From positions 188 through 64,187 of the IMG/VR virus record IMGVR_UViG_3300005607_000001: DNA of 64,000 bases; one strand, given 5' to 3'. Position 1 is the first letter of the stretch; the number at the start of each line of letters is the position of its first letter. Below the pieces are notes generated by a model. It was not told where the DNA came from. It made no database searches and saw only the letters and a program-made list of their open reading frames with translations. The translations under genes were made by a program, and so were the position numbers. Positions 38,429-47,005 of this stretch are shown here, in pieces. The DNA is from a virus. Lineage: Duplodnaviria; Caudoviricetes.

Positions 38429-38612
38429 GGTTAGTCACTGGCCCGCGGAGGGCCTTGAGTGACGGTGCGCCTCGGTGCCGGGTTAGTCACCGTAAGTGCT
38501 TGAAATCGCTCAGTTATTCCACTCCCCTTGGGGATACCACGGGCGGCCAAAACGCGGTGTATTTCAAGCACTTAGACCCCGGTTAGTCACTCCGTGATCG
38601 GCGGTTAGTCAC
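38429..38612. other. attP site: four arm-type repeats, 14 bp inverted repeat, tRNA 3'-end-like core
   Basis: GGTTAGTCAC at 38429, 38481, 38581, 38603; TAAGTGCTTGAAAT/ATTTCAAGCACTTA at 38493 and 38561; core ACTCCCCTTGGGGATACCA at 38521-38539; adjacent to int 3' end. Confidence 0.85.
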
Positions 38613-39676
38613 TTCCGCGTTCTCGGCCCGTTTCCCTTCCCCTTTAACCTTTCGACCCTGATTTGTTTCTCGATTGCACTTTCCGCCAATTGTATCTGAT
38701 CCGCGGCGTCTATGTAGGGTTGCAATTCCATTAGTGATCGATGGCCACTGATCGCTTGAAGTTCTTTTGACGTGCAACCTAATTCCGCCAAGCGGCGCAA
38801 TTGGGCCTTTCGTAGCCCGTGCGCCGAACATTTCACCAACCCCGCGTCGTTGCACCATTTTCGAAACAGGTTTCCGAAACCGGCCGCCGAGAACGGTTTG
38901 CCGTAATCGGTGACTAAAAACGTCAAATGAAGTGATTTGTGCGCGTTTAAGATCGCGCGCAATTCCGGGTGAATGGGGATCATTAGCACCCGGTCGGTTT
39001 TGTCCATTTTCGTTTTCTGTTGGCGAATTACGATCTTGTCGCCTTGAATGTGTTGTGGGCCGAGTTTGATTACATCGCTGCGCCGTTGGGCGGTATAGAG
39101 CATTAAACCCATCGCCAAGCGGGCCTTGGTGCCGATTGGATATTTGGCCTCGAAGCGCGCGATTTCGCTTTCCGTCCAGGTATGAATGTGCCCGGCAGTG
39201 ACCTTCGGGGGTTTAATTCCCTGCGTCGGGTCGGATTTTATCACATTTGTATTCACCGCGAAGGTCATCAACCCGCGGAGGGTTTTGAGATAATTCTTCG
39301 CCGCGAAGGGTTTTTGACTCGCGATGATTTCTGTTACGTGTCGGGGTTCCATGAGGAATAATCTCTTGGAACCGTGTTTCGCCACGAATCTTTTCAACAC
39401 CGCCCGACGCATTTTCTGCGTCGAAGGTGAGAGGTGTTTGAATGATTCGGATGCGAGGTAATCACTCACCACCCGCTCGACGGTGCCGGGTGAGGGTGGT
39501 TGATGATCACTGTGCGTTGTAGCTTGCGCAATAATGCGCGTGTAGTTCTCTAAAAACTCTTGTGTCCCGGGTTCGCCTTTGATCTCCACCCGGGGATAAT
39601 TTTTGCGGCGGAAATATCTGCGAATCTTTCCGTGCCGGTCGCGGTATTCGTTGATGTACGGCAGTTTGGTGATCAT
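38609..39676 (-). CDS. int: Tyrosine integrase
   Basis: YTAQRRSD (R), QQKT (K), HGLRK, SGH, Y in LQPY; DRHGK.R.YFRR N-terminus. Confidence 0.95.
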   Translation of the reverse strand: MITKLPYINEYRDRHGKIRRYFRRKNYPRVEIKGEPGTQEFLENYTRIIAQATTHSDHQPPSPGTVERVVSDYLASESFKHLSPSTQKMRRAVLKRFVAKHGSKRLFLMEPRHVTEIIASQKPFAAKNYLKTLRGLMTFAVNTNVIKSDPTQGIKPPKVTAGHIHTWTESEIARFEAKYPIGTKARLAMGLMLYTAQRRSDVIKLGPQHIQGDKIVIRQQKTKMDKTDRVLMIPIHPELRAILNAHKSLHLTFLVTDYGKPFSAAGFGNLFRKWCNDAGLVKCSAHGLRKAQLRRLAELGCTSKELQAISGHRSLMELQPYIDAADQIQLAESAIEKQIRVERLKGKGNGPRTRK

Positions 39677-39701
39677 GGGGTGTTAAGGCTCGAGGTCCAT
39701 G

Positions 39702-39929
39702 TTAGGGTTCGAGGTCCACATCCCATTCATTATCACACATTTTCTCGTTAATGTCAAGCCCGTCGAGGAATGAATCTAAACGTCTTACGTCCCACAATTT
39801 CCTTCGGCCGAATTTATACGGTGGAATCTTCTCGCCGATGTGTTTCAGGAAATGATTCACACTCATTCCGCAGTATTTCGCCGCGTCACGGCGGTTTAAC
39901 AACCGGGGGTGATGGGTGCTATCAATCAC
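39702..39929 (-). CDS. Excisionase-like HTH protein
   Basis: RLLNRRDAAKYCGMS..F..GRRKLWD..LD; directly upstream of integrase. Confidence 0.8.
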   Translation of the reverse strand: MIDSTHHPRLLNRRDAAKYCGMSVNHFLKHIGEKIPPYKFGRRKLWDVRRLDSFLDGLDINEKMCDNEWDVDLEP

Positions 39930-39933
39930 TTCG

Positions 39934-41379
39934 TCACCCTAAACATTCCACGTGCCACACCCGTTCCCCGTCCCTGATGACCGTCGAGGAATTAATCTCC
40001 TTTTCGCACTTGAAACACGTTACCGCTTGGGCTTCGTATTGTTTCAGGGTCGAGAGGTATAATTCCGTCAGTTCGTTGTCCGGGAAGTTTAGTTCTTGGG
40101 TTAGGGTTTTCTGTTTGGCCTGGGTGGAATAGTATTCGATGAGGTTTGTTCCGGGTTGAGTTTCGGCCCATTTGTGCCGGGCGAGTGCCAAGGCGCACAC
40201 GCAGTCATCGTGTTCCCCTTGCGGGGCTGTGTACCTTACACCCGTGCGCGTGTATTCGTATTCATACGATTCCAATTCCAGTTTCAACACGCCGTTCGGA
40301 AATCTGATTTCGTGCGATTGAATTGAAACCGCCAAGCCTTCCATCAAGCGCTGCTTTGATACCTGGGAGAACAGAAACCCGTGAATATTCCCGTGGCCGA
40401 CCTGTAACTCTTCCAACACCGGATCACCGACGCCGGTCGAATCAACCAACGCCGGGCAATCCTCGCCGATGATATTCCACACGCGATTAATCGACTCCCG
40501 CCACGGAACCCGTTGCCAGCGATGAAACCTGCAAACTTGCCCGTGTTTGTCCAAACCGATTACTACGAAGAAATCTTGTTTCTTCGCGAGGTCGATGCCG
40601 AAGGCGACGGGAGGATAAGGACTCAAACCCTCAACCGTGCATGCTTCGATGTGTTGTAGCCCGAATGGATTCCCTCCATCGTCGGCCGGTTCGGCCATGT
40701 ACAACTCGCGGAATACGTTTTCCGGCAGTTGCTTCCGGGCGTCTTCCATTTCCTCTTGCGTCACCACCCCGGCTTCGATCGCATCGAGCACGGTGATTTT
40801 CGCGTAATTCATGTTCGACGTTTCATCCCCTTGCTCTTTTTCCGCGGCGCGAGCAAGGCGATAGAACCAATTTTTGCGGCCTTTGACGTTGCCGATGATG
40901 TTAATCGGCCCGTGGGTCGCGGTGAGTGTCGATCGCACCGCGTACCATGATTCTTCCTTCACACGCGACGCCTCGTCGATAACCGCCGCGTAAACGTCTT
41001 CACCGTACAATGAATCCGGTTTATCCCCGGACTTGAACCAAATCGTCACGCCGTTCATGAGTTGAATCTTTGGTTCCGGAGATTCTTTAGCGGTGAATGT
41101 ACCGGTGGTGAGACCGCGTTTAATTCGCCGGAAGGCGATTTCGGATTGGCCGGAAATGGGCGCGATCCACCAAACGTTATCACCCGGTGAACGTTGCAGG
41201 GCCTGTTCAATGATCCATGCGATTGCCGCGACGGTCTTGCCCGCTTTCGTAGAGGCCTCGGTCAGGCCATACCTTTTTCCGTGAAAGAATGCCTGTTGTT
41301 GTTTCGGATAGAGATATGGTCGGGTGTAGGAGACAGTTTGGGTCGAGGAATCGAGGTTTATGGGGTTCGGGGAGGGCAT
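39934..41379 (-). CDS. terL: Terminase large subunit
   Basis: LYPKQ, STKAGKT Walker A variant, AVIDEA Walker B, GIDLA, VDSTGVGD, HDDCVCALA. Confidence 0.93.
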   Translation of the reverse strand: MPSPNPINLDSSTQTVSYTRPYLYPKQQQAFFHGKRYGLTEASTKAGKTVAAIAWIIEQALQRSPGDNVWWIAPISGQSEIAFRRIKRGLTTGTFTAKESPEPKIQLMNGVTIWFKSGDKPDSLYGEDVYAAVIDEASRVKEESWYAVRSTLTATHGPINIIGNVKGRKNWFYRLARAAEKEQGDETSNMNYAKITVLDAIEAGVVTQEEMEDARKQLPENVFRELYMAEPADDGGNPFGLQHIEACTVEGLSPYPPVAFGIDLAKKQDFFVVIGLDKHGQVCRFHRWQRVPWRESINRVWNIIGEDCPALVDSTGVGDPVLEELQVGHGNIHGFLFSQVSKQRLMEGLAVSIQSHEIRFPNGVLKLELESYEYEYTRTGVRYTAPQGEHDDCVCALALARHKWAETQPGTNLIEYYSTQAKQKTLTQELNFPDNELTELYLSTLKQYEAQAVTCFKCEKEINSSTVIRDGERVWHVECLG

Positions 41380-41409
41380 GGTGAAGCGTTGAGCGTTGAG
41401 CGTTGAGCG

Positions 41410-41622
41410 TTATTTGGCCTGGTAGTTTACGCGGCCGGTGAAGATCAAGGGCGGGATAATTCGTCGGCGATGACGCTTCACGGGCTCGAATGCGTGAAAG
41501 GTTTTCAGGTCTTGAGACCATAAAAAATGCGGCCACCAACCCCAATCGGATTTGCGGCAGATGATATACCCGCCGTGTTTCGCGGTTTGGGTTAGAGCCC
41601 AGAATAAACAGTTCGTGCGCAT
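41410..41622 (-). CDS. Hypothetical protein
   Basis: Co-oriented short ORF upstream of terL. Confidence 0.6.
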   Translation of the reverse strand: MRTNCLFWALTQTAKHGGYIICRKSDWGWWPHFLWSQDLKTFHAFEPVKRHRRRIIPPLIFTGRVNYQAK

Positions 41623-41752
41623 GGTGAACGCAAGAATAGGGGTAAAGGGTTTAAATCGGGTTAAAACCCGTGTGAGAAATATGTTGTGCCCGTGCGCGGG
41701 GTGTGGTATGGTGTTGTGCCGGTGAGGTCCGGCGTTAAGGAGATGTTAACCG

Positions 41753-42211
41753 ATGGAAATCACTTCCATTCTCGACGCCCGCGTGTCGGGAATAGTCTTC
41801 AACACCATTCACCCCGACCCGTTACCACCCACCACCCGGGCGATGATTCAAGATTTGCTTCAACACCGCAATCATTGCCCGGATACCGAAGTCCCTCTAA
41901 TCGACGAACAAATTCTCACCCTGATCAAGAACAATGTCACTCGGATTAAAAGGCAGCAATTCGGTTGGGGGCCGGGTGATGTACCATATACCGAACAAGA
42001 TATTAAGAATATGAACTCCCAGTTCCAAGAAATCCTCGATTCTCTAAAAGATATTTGCGATGAATTAACTGAAAATCAATGGATCGAGTTATTTCTCGCA
42101 ATTGAGCATGAGGTCACTGGGAATTATGATCGAGAGTTAGGTTACGCCCCCGGCGATTGTATTCCCATCGAGTGGCAAAGGGTTATTTCGCGCCTTCGGA
42201 AGGGGAAGTGA
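41753..42211 (+). CDS. Hypothetical protein (opposite-strand cassette)
   Basis: AAGGAG SD; candidate promoter TTGTGC-17-TATGGT at 41684-41712. Confidence 0.7.
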   Translation: MEITSILDARVSGIVFNTIHPDPLPPTTRAMIQDLLQHRNHCPDTEVPLIDEQILTLIKNNVTRIKRQQFGWGPGDVPYTEQDIKNMNSQFQEILDSLKDICDELTENQWIELFLAIEHEVTGNYDRELGYAPGDCIPIEWQRVISRLRKGK

Positions 42212-42522
42212 TGATTAATCCGCGCTGTAAATATTGCCGCCGTCGGGCGGTGATGGTTGTGAGGAAAACGATTAATTCGACGTTATCGGGCGGGTACGAA
42301 TATCCGTGGCCGGTGTGCGCGTGGCATGCGCATTACCTCGATCCGGAAATAGACCACGGTATGCCCGATGAAGTCCGGGATAGAATTTTAAACTTAAAAC
42401 AAATGAATTATCATTCCCCGGCGTATAAAACCGCGCGCAAGGAATTGAAGGACATGTTAATCAACATGTCCACCGAAGTATCAGGTGTTAATCGCCGAAC
42501 TTCGCCTTGTAACCGGGTTTAA
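42211..42522 (+). CDS. Hypothetical protein with CxxC..CxxH zinc-binding motif
   Basis: TGATG coupling to upstream gene. Confidence 0.6.
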   Translation: MINPRCKYCRRRAVMVVRKTINSTLSGGYEYPWPVCAWHAHYLDPEIDHGMPDEVRDRILNLKQMNYHSPAYKTARKELKDMLINMSTEVSGVNRRTSPCNRV

Positions 42523-43090
42523 GCCACTTTAATTCACATGGGCCGGAATGGGTCTTATCCCACACGTACCACGCGTAGGCGGTAGGACCACTTCCGGCTC
42601 TTATTGCGCCCTTGGGATAAAACGTGATGCGTTCACTAAAAACCCAAACCCTTGCGGGCGGGTGTTTGTGAAAAATCGTCCGACAGCGGTTCGCGCCTTC
42701 CAAGAACGCCAAGCGCAACAACAGGGCGAATTTTTTCCTCGCCTGACCGAGCGCGATCGTGATGAAACTTTCTGCGCTATTAAACGGCGGATTAGTGATG
42801 ATATTATCACTCACGCGCGTTGAAGTGAGGAAATTACACCCCGTATCGCCGTATCCGTGATCGTAAAGATCGGAGCTGTAAACGTCGCAGCCCGTGGTTT
42901 TTAACACTTCCGCCATTCGCCCATCACCGCAGGCGCATTCCCAGATTTCACCGGTGAATGATTCGTTGTCTATTAGTGCGTAGGTCGCCCAGCGTGGCGT
43001 GGGGTAAAAATCCGGTCCGGTGCGATCGGCGAAACGTTTTACGGTTGGTTGAAAAGGTAAATTCATTGAAGAATGAAAGGTTGGGGACAC
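42488..43090 (-). CDS. Amino (N6-A/N4-C) DNA methyltransferase
   Basis: DFYPTP, WECACGDG motif I, ITNPPF motif IV. Confidence 0.88.
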   Translation of the reverse strand: MSPTFHSSMNLPFQPTVKRFADRTGPDFYPTPRWATYALIDNESFTGEIWECACGDGRMAEVLKTTGCDVYSSDLYDHGYGDTGCNFLTSTRVSDNIITNPPFNSAESFITIALGQARKKFALLLRLAFLEGANRCRTIFHKHPPARVWVFSERITFYPKGAIRAGSGPTAYAWYVWDKTHSGPCELKWLKPGYKAKFGD

Positions 43091-43147
43091 ACGCGGATGT
43101 GTGTCGGTTGATGTGGATACAGTGCGCGGAATTGTAGCGGGAGGGTA

Positions 43148-43663
43148 TCAGGAAACGGGCCGAATGTCAACGCCCGAGTCCGGCAATTTGAGAATCTCTG
43201 TTATGAAAAATAGTCGTATGCGGCACATCTTCTGATACCTATCACCATCACCATTAATCCTTTCACACACTTCTTTCAACGCCGCAATATGCCACCGTTT
43301 CACTGTTCGCCGGTCGGTTTGCAATAACTTTGCGATGTGCGTCCAGTGAAACAAACAGCGGTGGGTGATGGGGTTTACGATACTGCGCGCGTGAAGCAAA
43401 CGGCGTTTGTATGGGTCGGAACAGAGGTTTGGAAGGAGAAGGATTTCGTCCATGAAGGGGATTTCGTGGTTTAACGGCGCCGGGAAGGTGAGGGGTTTCG
43501 GGTCTTGCGGCGCGGGTTCGGAATCGTCAAGCTCGCGGACGTAATCCGGCCAAAGGCTCCGAGCGTTGCAGGGTTTTAACCGGGTGACGGGCAATGCGAG
43601 AAGTTTTCCGCCGGCCCATTCGAGCCACGTTTGAAGTTCATCGGGGGATAACGGGATGAACAT
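43148..43663 (-). CDS. DUF6362-like protein with C-terminal HTH, possible late regulator
   Basis: SLWPDYVRE; WTHIAKLLQTDRRTVKRWH. Confidence 0.55.
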   Translation of the reverse strand: MFIPLSPDELQTWLEWAGGKLLALPVTRLKPCNARSLWPDYVRELDDSEPAPQDPKPLTFPAPLNHEIPFMDEILLLPNLCSDPYKRRLLHARSIVNPITHRCLFHWTHIAKLLQTDRRTVKRWHIAALKEVCERINGDGDRYQKMCRIRLFFITEILKLPDSGVDIRPVS

Positions 43664-43701
43664 GGGGTGAAGGTTGGGCGTTGGGCGTTGGGCGTTGGGC
43701 G

Positions 43702-44187
43702 TTAGACCCAGGGAATCTTTCCCTTACCCAACCACTGCAAAACCGGTATCGAGGGTTGGTAATTGTAAACCGCCGAATGAACGTTATCGATGAGGTTTGT
43801 AGTGAGGGGCGTGATGTTTTTACAGATAATCAACGGCCTCACTTGCCCGAGGGTCTTTTTCGTCGCGTCCATGATCACCGGAATATACAACCCCGCGAGT
43901 TTCGTCATCGCGTCTTGAACGAATGTTAGTTTCACCTCGATGATAAGGGTTATGTTTTGTACGTGAAGCAATAAATCCGGCACGCATTGCCCCGGACCGT
44001 TCAGGTCTTGAAATCTAAACCACGGTTCGACTTCGAGTTTACCGTTTGCGACCTTGCATACCTCTTCCATTGCCTTGGTGACTTTTTTCTGATAGGCCAA
44101 ACCGCGGCGAGCGTGGACATTCGCCGCTTTGGGCATTTGACGTGGCGGGCAGCGAGAAGAATCAATCACCCCGGTAACAAGCCGCAT
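43702..44187 (-). CDS. PD-(D/E)xK nuclease
   Basis: VPDLLL..IIEVKL. Confidence 0.7.
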   Translation of the reverse strand: MRLVTGVIDSSRCPPRQMPKAANVHARRGLAYQKKVTKAMEEVCKVANGKLEVEPWFRFQDLNGPGQCVPDLLLHVQNITLIIEVKLTFVQDAMTKLAGLYIPVIMDATKKTLGQVRPLIICKNITPLTTNLIDNVHSAVYNYQPSIPVLQWLGKGKIPWV

Positions 44188-44295
44188 TAATTCGGTCCTT
44201 GAAAATGAGGGTTGATGTTTAATGGAAATGGAAATGGAAATGGAAATGGAAGGTTGGGTTATGGGTGTTAGGCGTTAGGCGTTAGGCGTTGGGTG

Positions 44296-44898
44296 TTAGT
44301 CTTCGTGATCGATAACCTTGATTCCCGGCCCGGGGATGTTAAACGTGATATTCGTCGGCGTGGCAGCGGGCGGCACTGCGGTCTTGGGCGGCAAATGCGT
44401 CCTATCGCCCGCCAATTGCGCAATCTGCCTAATTTCGCTCGTTGAAATCTTCGCGCGCTTTTCGTCATCTTCCAATCGCTCGCGCAATTCCATCCACGCC
44501 AATTGTGCGACGTCCAGCGCCTCGTTTCTCAGCGCCTCGGCGACATCGAGGGTCGAGTTTTCGATTTGTTTCTGAAACCCTTCGACCAATTCGCGAAACG
44601 CCGGATCGGAATTGCGCCAGCTGTTAATACTCGCCGGTGTCCGCCCGACCATGATCGCGATATCAACGTCCGAAAACCCGGCCGCGACCAACATCGCAGT
44701 CTTGCGATGTATCGCCCGGATGACCTTTAACGGCTGCACCGCCCGGGTGGGGGAATTGGTTGTATCTTGCAGTTGGATTAAATCATCGTGCGTTAGGTCG
44801 CGAATGAATTCGAAGTTCAATAAAATCCGCGGCCGGGTTTGCGGGTCGATGGGGAGGAAATCAATGGGGCGGGGCATGGTGATAACCGTAAGCGACAC
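44296..44898 (-). CDS. HTH protein, candidate terminase small subunit
   Basis: AGFSDVDIAIMVGRTPASINSW..DPAFRELV; C-terminal NITFNI; first gene of the late block; start may be 44877. Confidence 0.5.
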   Translation of the reverse strand: MSLTVITMPRPIDFLPIDPQTRPRILLNFEFIRDLTHDDLIQLQDTTNSPTRAVQPLKVIRAIHRKTAMLVAAGFSDVDIAIMVGRTPASINSWRNSDPAFRELVEGFQKQIENSTLDVAEALRNEALDVAQLAWMELRERLEDDEKRAKISTSEIRQIAQLAGDRTHLPPKTAVPPAATPTNITFNIPGPGIKVIDHED

Positions 44899-44979
44899 AC
44901 GAAAAAAGTCTAAAAAATTGTGTAGGGGATTCGAACCCGCTGGCGCATTGCAAAGTTTGATTGGGACCCTAAAGTGGGC

Positions 44980-45007
44980 AGGGGAGTGGGACGAATCCCA
45001 CTCCCCT
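44980..45007 (-). terminator. 12 bp GC-rich hairpin with UUCG loop after gene 45015-45605
   Basis: AGGGGAGTGGGA-TTCG-TCCCACTCCCCT; weak U-tract. Confidence 0.6.
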
Positions 45008-45014
45008 CAAAACC

Positions 45015-45605
45015 TCAAAGATCGCTGATATCCGCGATCTTTGAAGCTTCGCCGATCATCTCTGAGCGGACCTCGGACAAGGTCCGCTCAAATAGGTCGT
45101 AATTCGCCGACAAAACGCCCTGAGGAGCGTTCTTCGTCGGCCGATCTGAAAGGAAATGGTCGACGAATTGATCGACCATCACCTTTGAACCGCGACCCGA
45201 GGGCAGCTTTTGGCCCCGCTGAGCCAAAAGCAGCGAGAGAACCCGCTTCGCGGCCTCGCGCCGCAAAGCGGTTTCGTCGATGGTGCGCGATCCGCGTTCG
45301 TTCAGGAACGCGACAAGGCGGCCTTCGAGGGCCGCCTCACGCAACGCAGCGCTTATCTCGGCTTTCCAGCCGAGATAGCTTTTCAAATTCGCGGCGCTAG
45401 CACGTTTCCACGTGCTGACGTCCGCGAGCGAATAGTCGCTCGCGTTGCCCCCGCTTTCCGCTGCCATGGCCTTTTTCGCCATGGCGTCGGCGCGTTTGAA
45501 GGCGCGCGCGGCAATCGCTTCCGCGCCTTCAACCAAGAGCTTCTCGCTCTCAGGCAATTCCGAGAGCGAAAGCCCGTCATACCAAACCTCGCTCATAACT
45601 ATCAT
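45015..45605 (-). CDS. Hypothetical early protein
   Basis: AAGGAG SD before ATG 45605; own promoter. Confidence 0.75.
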   Translation of the reverse strand: MIVMSEVWYDGLSLSELPESEKLLVEGAEAIAARAFKRADAMAKKAMAAESGGNASDYSLADVSTWKRASAANLKSYLGWKAEISAALREAALEGRLVAFLNERGSRTIDETALRREAAKRVLSLLLAQRGQKLPSGRGSKVMVDQFVDHFLSDRPTKNAPQGVLSANYDLFERTLSEVRSEMIGEASKIADISDL

Positions 45606-45634
45606 TAACTCCTTCCTACAACACACAACAGCTT

Positions 45635-45663
45635 GTTCTACGTTGCGCAAGGAAACAATGCAA
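45635..45663 (-). promoter_or_regulatory. Sigma70-type promoter TTGCAT-17-TAGAAC
   Basis: Hexamers and spacing upstream of SD. Confidence 0.55.
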
Positions 45664-45708
45664 GGAAAATGTGTGTGGTGAGGTATTGAAAGTGTGGTTA
45701 AGAGGGAT

Positions 45709-46006
45709 TGTAACAGTTTGTAACAAAGGGTACAATAATGTCATAAACATTATGATTAACGTTGTCTGATATGCGAAATGACGCGTTCCCATGCCGGCCG
45801 GCAGGTAACCTGTCGTTAACCATACGGGATAAAGCGGCACACATTTGGATATACATATATATATAATATATAAAAAATTAACCATACTCTATGTAAGGAT
45901 ATACCTCCCGCCCTCCCGCCCGCCGAACACGTGCCATCTCGCATATCAGACAACGTTGCTCATAACGTTTAGCTGCACGTGCATCCCTTTGTTACAATCT
46001 GTTACA
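45709..46006. repeat. Long imperfect inverted repeat (~80 bp arms) centred on an AT tract; candidate origin or packaging site
   Basis: TGTAACAGTTTGTAACAAAGGG / CCCTTTGTTACAATCTGTTACA and AACGTTGTCTGATATGCGA / TCGCATATCAGACAACGTT share axis 45857.5. Confidence 0.9.
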
Positions 46007-46101
46007 CACTCGCTCCCGCTCGCTCCCGCCCCTCACCACCTTCCCAAAAATCGCCTAGGAACGCACTACACGCCACCTCGAACACTTTTCCGCCACCAAC
46101 T

Positions 46102-46128
46102 TGGCGACGCCTACCCTAGGCGTCGCCA
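46102..46128. other. Perfect 12 bp hairpin
   Basis: TGGCGACGCCTA-CCC-TAGGCGTCGCCA. Confidence 0.7.
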
Positions 46129-46133
46129 CCGTT

Positions 46134-46167
46134 AAAAGGCCGCGGATCAAAAACTAGCGGCCTTTTT
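46134..46167 (+). terminator. Intrinsic terminator, AAGGCCGC family copy 1
   Basis: AAAAGGCCGC-N13-GCGGCCTTTTT. Confidence 0.75.
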
Positions 46168-46215
46168 AATGCCTACATATCTTGCATTTATCTCAAACTC
46201 GAAACATGCCACGCC

Positions 46216-46254
46216 TTGACATTCAACGCCACTTTGTGCTATGGCGTTGAATGT
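46216..46254 (+). promoter_or_regulatory. Promoter TTGACA-18-TATGGC overlapped by a 13 bp inverted repeat
   Basis: ACATTCAACGCCA (46219) / TGGCGTTGAATGT (46242). Confidence 0.65.
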
Positions 46255-46274
46255 TGTGTGTTGAGAAGGAATGA

Positions 46275-46670
46275 ATGATGTTTTACAACCTAACGCCTCA
46301 TGAAATCTCAGCCGATGAGGCCGAGCTTGGCGTGATCGACGTAACGGAGCGCAGGAAGCTCATTGAGCTTCTCACGTTCCGCGAAAGGCCAACTGAGATT
46401 GAGGTTTGGGATAGGGCGCGCGAAATCGCGCGTCTATTATTGCGCGAAATCGACCGCGCTGAGCAGCGCGGAGATTGCTATCGCGATGACGATCACAGTG
46501 TCGTCATCTTCGGGCCCGCCTATTTGATGGGCCCGCTCGAAAAGGTTATATCCGGCATTAATGTACGGGTTTATCATCCGTACTATTCCCTTGATAGTCA
46601 TGGGAATGCATCCTTTGAGGGATACATCCCAGTTACAGCGCACCGAATAGGTGCACCGTTGTTTGGATAA
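46275..46670 (+). CDS. Hypothetical early protein
   Basis: AAGGA SD; bounded by promoter and terminator. Confidence 0.75.
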   Translation: MMFYNLTPHEISADEAELGVIDVTERRKLIELLTFRERPTEIEVWDRAREIARLLLREIDRAEQRGDCYRDDDHSVVIFGPAYLMGPLEKVISGINVRVYHPYYSLDSHGNASFEGYIPVTAHRIGAPLFG

Positions 46671-46674
46671 ACCC

Positions 46675-46705
46675 AAGGCCGCAGGCAAAAACCTGCGGCC
46701 TTTTT
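46675..46705 (+). terminator. Intrinsic terminator, AAGGCCGC family copy 2
   Basis: AAGGCCGCAGG-N6-CCTGCGGCCTTTTT. Confidence 0.85.
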
Positions 46706-46814
46706 ATTTCGCGCATTATATGGCATTTTACACAAATGCCACGTAACGCGCGCTTGACGCGCAGCGCTAAAGCGAACTACAACGCGTATGGTTCAACTAA
46801 AGTGGAGTATGGTT

Positions 46815-46955
46815 ATGGTCACTTATGGGGTTTTCAAGATCGTCGCGGGCGTCGCGCCCGTGCTTTGCTGGCGGTTGGCAAACCGCCAGCGCGCCTTGCA
46901 AGTGGCGCGCGAGATGCGCGCCAGTGGCACCTATTTCGTGCGTCCTTGCCGTTAG
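46815..46955 (+). CDS. 46 aa hypothetical protein (not in ORF track)
   Basis: GGAG SD 7 nt upstream; MVTYGVFKIVAG..YFVRPCR; followed by terminator. Confidence 0.6.
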   Translation: MVTYGVFKIVAGVAPVLCWRLANRQRALQVAREMRASGTYFVRPCR

Positions 46956-46976
46956 GACGCACGAAACCCTTCCCTT

Positions 46977-47005
46977 AAGGCCGCGATCTTTTCGCGGCCT
47001 TTTTT
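46977..47005 (+). terminator. Intrinsic terminator, AAGGCCGC family copy 3
   Basis: AAGGCCGCGA-N5-TCGCGGCCTTTTTT. Confidence 0.85.

Noticed and set aside
38517-38539. tRNA-like 3' end with CCA
   Set aside because: Only ~19 nt, and the upstream part is not tRNA-like; treated as the attP core, not an RNA gene
44920-44945. GGGTTCGAATCCC T-arm-like sequence on the - strand
   Set aside because: No acceptor stem, D arm or anticodon arm can be formed; not a tRNA
45616-46135. Two divergent ORFs (45616-45885 - and 45845-46135 +) with similar peptides (AYQTTL..PLLQ.VT)
   Set aside because: The similarity follows from the DNA inverted repeat; the ORFs lack SD sequences and cross an AT tract, so they are unlikely to be genes
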